Positions 27,902-33,819 of a stretch of DNA of 33,819 nucleotides are shown one piece after another. How positions within the stretch are numbered: position 1 is the stretch's first letter; every line of letters starts with the position of its first letter. Location of the stretch: NCBI GenBank assembly GCA_001803875.1, contig MHEO01000039.1, forward strand, positions 1-33,819, read 5' to 3'. This DNA is from Nitrospirae bacterium RIFCSPHIGHO2_01_FULL_66_17 (lineage in GTDB: Bacteria; Nitrospirota; Nitrospiria; 2-01-FULL-66-17). Under the pieces are notes generated by a model. It was not told the origin of the DNA. It searched no databases and saw only the letters and a program-made list of their open reading frames with translations. The position numbers and the translations under genes were made by a program.

Positions 27902-28061
27902 CTAGGAACCGGTCTGAACATTCGGCAGTTGGAGCCTGTTCAGGAATGCGCCAGATGCAAGGCGCCGGCGAGCACCCGGACCGGAGCGTACTGTTCCGTA
28001 CGTGAGGACCGGATGCGCAGCCGGCAACGCAGCAGATGGCCATTCATGGACAGGCTTCTAA
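27902..28061. mobile_element. MITE-like structured repeat, copy 2 (inverted relative to copy 1)
   Basis: Ends CTAGGAACCGGTCT...GGACAGGCTTCTAA; aligns end to end with the reverse complement of 21470-21627. Confidence 0.8.
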
Positions 28062-29035
28062 TCGGCCAGCCGCCAGTAGCGTAAGGTGGGCTCCCCGCGG
28101 GAGCGGTCCACGACCGCCAGAACGCCCTTTTTCACGCCGTTGGCCTCGCCTTCCGCGTAGACCGAGAACCACGAGCTGGCCACGGTAATTCGCGGCAGCA
28201 GTTGGCTGACCACGGCCGAGGTCATGCCGGGGACCTTGATCAGATCGCCCTTGGCGGCGAACGGCCGGGCATCGACGATCGTCTCCACCTGCTTGTCGTC
28301 GAGCGGGAACGCGACAGCGCCATCCTGGCCAGGCACCGGCAGTGTCTGCAGCACCACCGGGTCGGCGGTGTTGACGTTGATACTCTCGTCGGATGTGTAG
28401 ACCGTCAAGTACGGGCTGATCGTGCGGTACACCTCGTCGGAGATGCCTTTGACGAGGTGCAACTCGGCCAGGGTGTCCATCCGGCCGTTGCGGCAGCGGT
28501 ACGGCCGATCCAGGCGCTCGTAGTACGCCGACTCCGCGCCGGAGGGCTCCTCGATCTCGTCCCGATCCAGCCAATCCACGATCGCGTCGACCGGCGCGGG
28601 GTCGAGCCCCTTGAGCCGGAACAGGCGTTTGAGCTGCTCGATCTGAAGCGGAACCGAGGGTTTCGTCCCGCTCGGGGTCACCAGCATGTTGACGTTGATC
28701 TTCCCCCCCTCGTCCTGGATCCACGCCGCGACCGTCCCGTCCCCCAGGGGGTAGGGCGGGAGCGGCGTCGCCCAGAGTTCGGTCAAGTCGTCGCGGCCGC
28801 CGTGCCGGACCAGATCGTCCTTCAGGAGCGCCTGCGCGGCGGCGATGCCCGACGTCGCGAGGTGAAACGCCTTCATCCCGTCCCGGAAGTTGCCCGCGGC
28901 CTTCACCATCGTCCGGGTGGATCGGTCGAATTCGAGCACCGCCGTGACGAGCAGCACGAGGACGAGCAACGTGAGCACGAGGGCCATCCCGCGTTCGCCC
29001 GGCCGAGCGGCCCGCCGGTCAGGACGGCTTGTCAT
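28058..29035 (-). CDS. gspK: T2SS minor pseudopilin GspK
   Basis: ERG|MALVLTLLVL, IQDEGGKINVN, AIVDWLD, ELHLVKG, INVNTA. Confidence 0.93.
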   Translation of the reverse strand: MTSRPDRRAARPGERGMALVLTLLVLVLLVTAVLEFDRSTRTMVKAAGNFRDGMKAFHLATSGIAAAQALLKDDLVRHGGRDDLTELWATPLPPYPLGDGTVAAWIQDEGGKINVNMLVTPSGTKPSVPLQIEQLKRLFRLKGLDPAPVDAIVDWLDRDEIEEPSGAESAYYERLDRPYRCRNGRMDTLAELHLVKGISDEVYRTISPYLTVYTSDESINVNTADPVVLQTLPVPGQDGAVAFPLDDKQVETIVDARPFAAKGDLIKVPGMTSAVVSQLLPRITVASSWFSVYAEGEANGVKKGVLAVVDRSRGEPTLRYWRLAD

Positions 29036-29570
29036 AGGTCGAGACCACGAACGACCCGTCGAGCAGTTTCGGATCGGCGTACCGCGTCTTGAGGCGGAGG
29101 GACTTGACCCGGAGCCGCTGGGGCGCGCGATCGAGCGCGGTCAGGTACGCGACGATCTGGGGCAGGGTGACGCTCTCCAACTTGACCTCCGCGCTCAGTT
29201 CGCGATACGGCGGGAGCGTCTGGCTCGGCTGGGGACGAATCGACGTCAGCCGGCCTCGCATCTGCTGAGTCACCGCGGCCTCTTCGAGAAACGAGAGCAG
29301 CGAGAACGCGCCCGGGCGGGCGACCCGGCGGTCCAGCGCCGAGACCCGCTCCGCCGCGTCCTTGTACTGGGCGGCGAGACGCACCACGCGGTCCAAATCC
29401 GCCTGGCGCTGGACGATCACTCGATCCAGCCGCGCGCTCCGAATCAGCAGGGGATCGACCACCAGGCCGTACCCCGCCAGGACCGCCACGGCGACCGCGC
29501 CCAGCCCCAGCACGACGCGCTCGCGCTCGTTCCGCTCGCGCCACCACGCGAGGAGGCGGTCCCGCATCAC
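29019..29570 (-). CDS. gspM: T2SS protein GspM
   Basis: NERERVVL + TM + coiled coil + ferredoxin-like C-terminus; operon position. Confidence 0.8.
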   Translation of the reverse strand: MMRDRLLAWWRERNERERVVLGLGAVAVAVLAGYGLVVDPLLIRSARLDRVIVQRQADLDRVVRLAAQYKDAAERVSALDRRVARPGAFSLLSFLEEAAVTQQMRGRLTSIRPQPSQTLPPYRELSAEVKLESVTLPQIVAYLTALDRAPQRLRVKSLRLKTRYADPKLLDGSFVVSTYDKPS

Positions 29571-31093
29571 ACACCTTCTCTCAGCGTGATGGTCATCAGG
29601 AACCGGACCTTGGACTGGTCGGCGGTCGTCTTGGCGTCACTCACCACGATACGGCCGACAAAGGGCGCCTTCGAGAGCGCGCCCTCGATGCGGTTCACCC
29701 AGTCGAACGACGCGGTCTCCGCCTCGATCCGGACCTTGTCCTGATCGATGGTCAGATCGGACACCGCGATGCCGCTGTCCTTGGGGATCGCGTCGGTCAG
29801 CTTCAACAGGATGTCGAGCGCGCCAACCTCGCCGCCGAGAAACGCCCGCTGTTTGGCGAGCGTGTCGATCGCAGCCTGGAGCTGATCGGGTTCGCTCACG
29901 ATCGTCGTCACTCCGGGGAGCGCGTCCTGAAAGGCCGCGCGCACCCGGTCCTGCACCTCGCGGTACCGGCGCTCCTTCCCGGCGGCTCGCACCCCCAGGT
30001 CGGCGACGCCCGCCGCGAGCACGAGCGCCGCCATGACGCCCGCGATCATCGCGCGCTTGCGCACCCCCGCCCGCTCCCGACCGTACGCGAACTCCCCCCG
30101 GCGGAAGTCGATGCGGCCGCGGTCGCGGGCCAGCCCCGCGAGCGCCAGACCGGCCGCGAGGGCGACCGGCGCGAGCGGCCGCGGCGCACCGCCGATCGGC
30201 ACCGACGGCCACGCGACGAGCTCCAGCCCCAGCGCGTCGGCGAGGAACGCGCCGACCTCCGGAAGATCCGACCAGAGGCCGCTCAGCGCCATCGCCCCGA
30301 CGCGCCGGCCCGAGTCGACCGCGTCGGCGTGCAGGGTGCGCCGCAACTCGTCGACCGCGGTCCGGAGCGCGGGAACCAGGGCGTCCGCCGCGCGAGCGGC
30401 CGAGGCCCGGTCGGCGTCGTCTCTCGCGTGACGGTAGATGGTTGCCTCCCGGAGCGCCTCGGCTTCGATCCCCGACTCGGCCGCCGCGCGCCTCGCCGCC
30501 TCGCCGTCCCAAGGCACGCCCCGCATCGCCCGCAGGCGCCGGCCGTCGAGCAGCGCCACCGAGATCCACCGATCGTCCAGGTGGATCAGCGCCAGGTCGG
30601 GACGGAGCGGCAGCCAGACCTCGGCGGCATGCGCGAGGGCCTCGGCGTCCACGGTCACCACGCGGGGATCGAGCCCCGCGCGAGCCGCCTCCTCCAGCCG
30701 GGCCCGCAAAGTCGTTTTCGGAACGGCCGCCGCCAGGAGGCGCGAGCGCCCCTCCGCCTGAGACACGAGCGACGCCGCGACCACGACCTCGTCGAGCTCG
30801 AACGGCAACTGCCCCTCGAGCTCGGACGGGAGGACGGCGTCGAGCTTCTCCCGCTGGGTGAACGGCAGGGTGACCGCCCGCGCGGATACGGCGTGAACCG
30901 GCACGCCGAGCGCGACCGGTTGCGCCCCCGGCGCCGCTTCCCGCGCGAGCGCCCGCAGCGTCTCGACCGGGCCCTCGGCGCCCTCGGGCACCCGCCGCGT
31001 GACGGCGCGCTCGATCCGAACGCCCTTGAGCCCCCGATTCACCACCGCGAGCGTAAGCGCCCGCGCGCCGATATCGAATCCCGCCCCGCGCAT
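29567..31093 (-). CDS. gspL: T2SS protein GspL (PilM-like cytoplasmic + PilN-like periplasmic)
   Basis: GFDIGA, VTLPF, ELEGQLPF, IDFRRGEF, TM helix and a PilN-like C-terminal domain. Confidence 0.85.
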   Translation of the reverse strand: MRGAGFDIGARALTLAVVNRGLKGVRIERAVTRRVPEGAEGPVETLRALAREAAPGAQPVALGVPVHAVSARAVTLPFTQREKLDAVLPSELEGQLPFELDEVVVAASLVSQAEGRSRLLAAAVPKTTLRARLEEAARAGLDPRVVTVDAEALAHAAEVWLPLRPDLALIHLDDRWISVALLDGRRLRAMRGVPWDGEAARRAAAESGIEAEALREATIYRHARDDADRASAARAADALVPALRTAVDELRRTLHADAVDSGRRVGAMALSGLWSDLPEVGAFLADALGLELVAWPSVPIGGAPRPLAPVALAAGLALAGLARDRGRIDFRRGEFAYGRERAGVRKRAMIAGVMAALVLAAGVADLGVRAAGKERRYREVQDRVRAAFQDALPGVTTIVSEPDQLQAAIDTLAKQRAFLGGEVGALDILLKLTDAIPKDSGIAVSDLTIDQDKVRIEAETASFDWVNRIEGALSKAPFVGRIVVSDAKTTADQSKVRFLMTITLREGV

Positions 31094-31097
31094 CCCG

Positions 31098-32036
31098 CTA
31101 CGAAATCGGTGTCCCGTTGAGTGTCACGTCGGGCCTCCCAAGCCGACCCCCGATATGCACCGTGATCGGACCGCCCTTGGTCCCCGCGAGGGCCAGCAGC
31201 GGCACGCGCGCGGTGGCCCCCGGCGAGGGCGACAGCTTGAGCGTGAGGTTGAGAATGCTCTCGCTCCAAGGCATCCGCACGAGGACCGTGCCCTCGCCCG
31301 AGGCGGTGCCGAGCGCCCCGCCCGCCGCGAAGCGCTGGACCGTCACCGTCCCGCCCTTGAGCGCAACCTGGGCGGCGATCGTGTCGAACTCGATCCCGTT
31401 GATGGGAACGCCCGCCGCCGTCAGCCCGTCGATCCGCAACCCCGTCACCTCCGCCGACCCCGCGCCCTCGCCGCTCCACCAGGCCTCGTTGGTCCACCGG
31501 CAGGTCAGATCGAGCCGCAGCGTGCCCCGCCAGTCGCCCGGGGGAAGAAACGGCAGGCGCGCCAGTTCGAACCCCTGGCCGACCTGGTCCAGCGCGAACC
31601 GCGCGCCCCCCGGCGCCGGGCGCAACACCCACGTCCCGCGCGACCGGCCGCCATACGCCTCCCACGCGATGTCGGCGTCGACCGTCCGCCGCAGCAACGG
31701 CCACAGCGCGAGCCGGACGCGGACCGCATCCACGGTCAGCGCGTTGAACGGCACCAATAAGCGGCCGCGGTCTCCCGCCGGCTCGAACCGCACGCCCCGC
31801 CACCCCACGCCGAGGGGGAAGAGGAACCGGCCGGACTCCACCGTCACCCGGGCGTGCGTGCTCCGCGCGACCCCGGCCACCAAGGCCGCCTGCAGGCGCT
31901 CGTACGGGAACGTCAGGACCAGAAACAGGCCCGCCGCGACCACGGCGTAGAGGGCGTACGCGGCCGCCGACCGCCACGGAACCCGCGCCGAGCCATCCCG
32001 TGCCGGGCTCATCGTGCCGGCCCGCGCGGGCGCCAC
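31098..32036 (-). CDS. gspN: T2SS protein GspN
   Basis: N-terminal TM ending FLVLTFPYERL followed by a beta-rich AsmA-like body; lies between gspJ and gspL. Confidence 0.75.
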   Translation of the reverse strand: MAPARAGTMSPARDGSARVPWRSAAAYALYAVVAAGLFLVLTFPYERLQAALVAGVARSTHARVTVESGRFLFPLGVGWRGVRFEPAGDRGRLLVPFNALTVDAVRVRLALWPLLRRTVDADIAWEAYGGRSRGTWVLRPAPGGARFALDQVGQGFELARLPFLPPGDWRGTLRLDLTCRWTNEAWWSGEGAGSAEVTGLRIDGLTAAGVPINGIEFDTIAAQVALKGGTVTVQRFAAGGALGTASGEGTVLVRMPWSESILNLTLKLSPSPGATARVPLLALAGTKGGPITVHIGGRLGRPDVTLNGTPIS

Positions 32037-32040
32037 GGCC

Positions 32041-32772
32041 TCACCGCGTCCCGGCGAGGGGCAGGGCCACCACCGTCCGGACGCGCTCGGCGGGCGCGCG
32101 GCCGACGCCCGCCAGCCCGACCGTCACCTCGACCGCTCTCGGCAGGCCCTGGCGCGGTTTCGCCTCCCACGCGTCCACCCAGTCGGCGCCTGCGAGGTAT
32201 CGGAGCTTGAACTCCGTTACGCCCTCGGCCATGTCGTCGGTCTGAACGGCCCACGGCGCGTCACTGAGGACGTTGGATCGTTCCTCCCGCACCAGCCGTC
32301 CGGTCGCGCCGTCGGGGTCGGCCTCGACCCGATACTCGATCTGCGACACGTCGGACTCGGGGCGGTCGGCCACGTACCGCCGGTGGGCGAACGTCGTCCA
32401 GACCAGGCGGTCCCGGCGCGTATCCGCCCCGGCGGCCGTGTCGCTCGATCCCTCGAACCGTCCACGCCCGCCGTTGTCGGCAAACCAGTACGCGGCCGAC
32501 AGCTCGTCCACCAGGCGCTCCGTGATGACCTGCACCTGGCGCATCCGCTCGCTGGCCTCCGCGGTGTCGCGCGTCACGTCCACGCTGCGCGCAAACGCGC
32601 CGTACACGAGGGTCATCACGATCGCTAACAGCCCGATCGCCACCACCACTTCGATCAGAGTAAATCCGCGCTGCGCCAAAGGCGCGGCATGAAAATCGCC
32701 CCTTCCTCTCGGATCGCGAAGCAAGCCGCCGCGCGGCTCTAGCGTGACGGTAGATAGTTGCCTCCCGCTCAC
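32041..32772 (-). CDS. gspJ: T2SS minor pseudopilin GspJ
   Basis: G|FTLIEVVVAIGLL, YRVE, WVDAW, LPRAVEV; unusually long 36-aa leader. Confidence 0.9.
   Translation of the reverse strand: MSGRQLSTVTLEPRGGLLRDPRGRGDFHAAPLAQRGFTLIEVVVAIGLLAIVMTLVYGAFARSVDVTRDTAEASERMRQVQVITERLVDELSAAYWFADNGGRGRFEGSSDTAAGADTRRDRLVWTTFAHRRYVADRPESDVSQIEYRVEADPDGATGRLVREERSNVLSDAPWAVQTDDMAEGVTEFKLRYLAGADWVDAWEAKPRQGLPRAVEVTVGLAGVGRAPAERVRTVVALPLAGTR
32660..32727. repeat. Pseudopilin-leader repeat block A, gspJ copy
   Basis: 61/68 nt identical to 33139-33206 by hand alignment. Confidence 0.9.
32738..32767. repeat. Repeat block B, gspJ leader copy
   Basis: 28/30 nt identical to 33258-33287. Confidence 0.88.
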
Positions 32773-33245
32773 GCCCCGCCCCCCGTCTTTGGACGCTGGA
32801 AGACGTAGCTCACCAGATCGACGCGCTCGTTACGGGAGGGTTCGCCCCAGGCCACCATGACGCGCACCTCCCGGACGAGATCGGTCGAGAACAGGCCGGT
32901 GGGGCTCACCTCCTGCCGCCACGTAAACCGCGCGTGCGCGTCGTCGAACCGGCCTTCGCTGGTCCCCAGGTCGGGGAACCCCCCGATGGTCGCGTCGGCC
33001 ATCCGTTGCTGCGCCAGCGCCGTGGCCGCGATGACGGCGCGGGCCTCGTCGTGGAGGACCATGTCCCGGTTGCGGAGGCCGAGTAGCGCGACGAACGCCA
33101 CCGCGATCACGGCGAGCGCCACCATGATTTCGAGCAGGGTAAATCCGCACTGCGCCGACGGCGCAGAATGAAAATCGCCCCTTCCTTGCGGATCGCGAAG
33201 CAAGCCGGCCACCCGCGTCGAGGTTCGCTGCGTCGGAGCCATCAC
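32769..33245 (-). CDS. gspI: T2SS minor pseudopilin GspI
   Basis: G|FTLLEIMVALAVIAVAF, FTWRQEV, VREVRVMVAW; 34-aa leader. Confidence 0.9.
   Translation of the reverse strand: MMAPTQRTSTRVAGLLRDPQGRGDFHSAPSAQCGFTLLEIMVALAVIAVAFVALLGLRNRDMVLHDEARAVIAATALAQQRMADATIGGFPDLGTSEGRFDDAHARFTWRQEVSPTGLFSTDLVREVRVMVAWGEPSRNERVDLVSYVFQRPKTGGGA
33139..33206. repeat. Pseudopilin-leader repeat block A, gspI copy
   Basis: Matches 32660-32727; contains CTGCGCC-GAC-GGCGCAG hairpin. Confidence 0.9.
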
Positions 33246-33819
33246 GAGGCGGTCGTGTCTAGCGTGACGGTAGATCGTGGCCTCCCGTCGACGTAGCCCG
33301 CGACCACCGTCACCCGGCCGGTGATTGGGTTGATCGTGAGGGTGTAGCGCGACGGCCGCTTATTGATGCCGTTCAACCGATCGCCCTCCTCGAGGTGAAT
33401 CGCCGTCCGCGTGACGCCGCCCGACGGGAAGAACTGGGTGAACGCCGTGCCATCCGTCACCAGACCATGATGCGGGGTGGCCACGTCCTCGAAGCGGACC
33501 TCCGCGGGCAGCGCCCGTTTGGGCCCGACCGGCGGCCCCTCTTCGAGGACGCCGCCACGCGACACCAGCGTCGTCACCCAGAACTCGTCGGTGTCCAGAT
33601 CATAATACAGCCGCTGGATCGTGCGGGTCGCGATCGCCTCCTGAACGAGGGCGGCGGCCAGCCCCGCGAGGTCGCGCGACGCCGATCGCGCGTCGCCCCC
33701 GACGACACGCTGCAGGCGCGGCGCGACCAGCATGGCGACCAGGGCGAGGATGAACACCACGATCGTGATCTCGATCAGGGTAAATCCGCACTGCGCCAAC
33801 GGCGCAGACTGCAATCGTC
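33242..33819 (-). CDS. gspH: T2SS minor pseudopilin GspH (start probably beyond the window)
   Basis: G|FTLIEITIVVFILALVAMLVAP, FFPSG, TINPITGRV. Confidence 0.85.
   Translation of the reverse strand, partial: RLQSAPLAQCGFTLIEITIVVFILALVAMLVAPRLQRVVGGDARSASRDLAGLAAALVQEAIATRTIQRLYYDLDTDEFWVTTLVSRGGVLEEGPPVGPKRALPAEVRFEDVATPHHGLVTDGTAFTQFFPSGGVTRTAIHLEEGDRLNGINKRPSRYTLTINPITGRVTVVAGYVDGRPRSTVTLDTTAS
33258..33287. repeat. Repeat block B, copy in the gspH 3' end
   Basis: TCTAGCGTGACGGTAGATCGTGGCCTCCCG; 28/30 nt identical to 32738-32767. Confidence 0.88.
33780..33817. repeat. Pseudopilin-leader repeat block A, gspH copy (partial, window edge)
   Basis: GTAAATCCGCACTGCGCCAACGGCGCAGA is nearly identical to the gspI copy. 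Confidence 0.85.

Noticed and set aside
32656-32691. Out-of-frame mini-ORF MPRLWRSADLL behind an SD-like GGAAGGGG within the gspJ leader repeat
   Set aside because: The ATG is not conserved in the gspI or gspH copies.
32660-33819. Pseudopilin repeats as a CRISPR array, DGR template/variable repeats or shufflon
   Set aside because: Spacing is gene-sized, mismatches are not adenine-specific, repeats are direct, and no cas, reverse transcriptase or recombinase gene is in the window.

Overview
High-GC bacterial chromosomal segment made mostly of housekeeping genes, nearly all on the minus strand. Gene order and protein types suggest Nitrospirota or a related deltaproteobacteria-like lineage (inference). 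Left to right: Ppx/GppA (partial), a small hypothetical gene, recG, rpmB (+), an outer-membrane beta-barrel, a stand-alone response regulator (+), recN, trxA, and groEL-groES with a CIRCE operator. Next come ctpA, envC, ftsX, ftsE, a hypothetical gene, yraN, rnhB, rplS, trmD, rimM, rpsP, a PAS/degenerate-GGDEF gene and ffh. The right part holds an archaeal-type PEP carboxylase (ppcA), a ZAS anti-sigma/ECF sigma pair, class II RNR nrdJ with tandem NrdR boxes, a lipoprotein zinc metalloprotease with a small secreted partner, and the distal T2SS genes gspK-M-L-N-J-I-H. Most notable observations: (1) a hairpin-containing DNA repeat lies in frame in the cleavable leader-peptide coding regions of all three minor pseudopilins, directly against the G|F prepilin-peptidase site; (2) two diverged copies of a ~160-bp structured MITE-like element each have one end on a TAG stop codon; (3) ppcA appears to start at ATT and has Ala in place of the conserved RSD aspartate; (4) a Cys-rich PAS/degenerate GGDEF protein sits inside the ffh-rpsP operon. 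No rRNA, tRNA, CRISPR array or transposase was seen. All alignments were done by hand.
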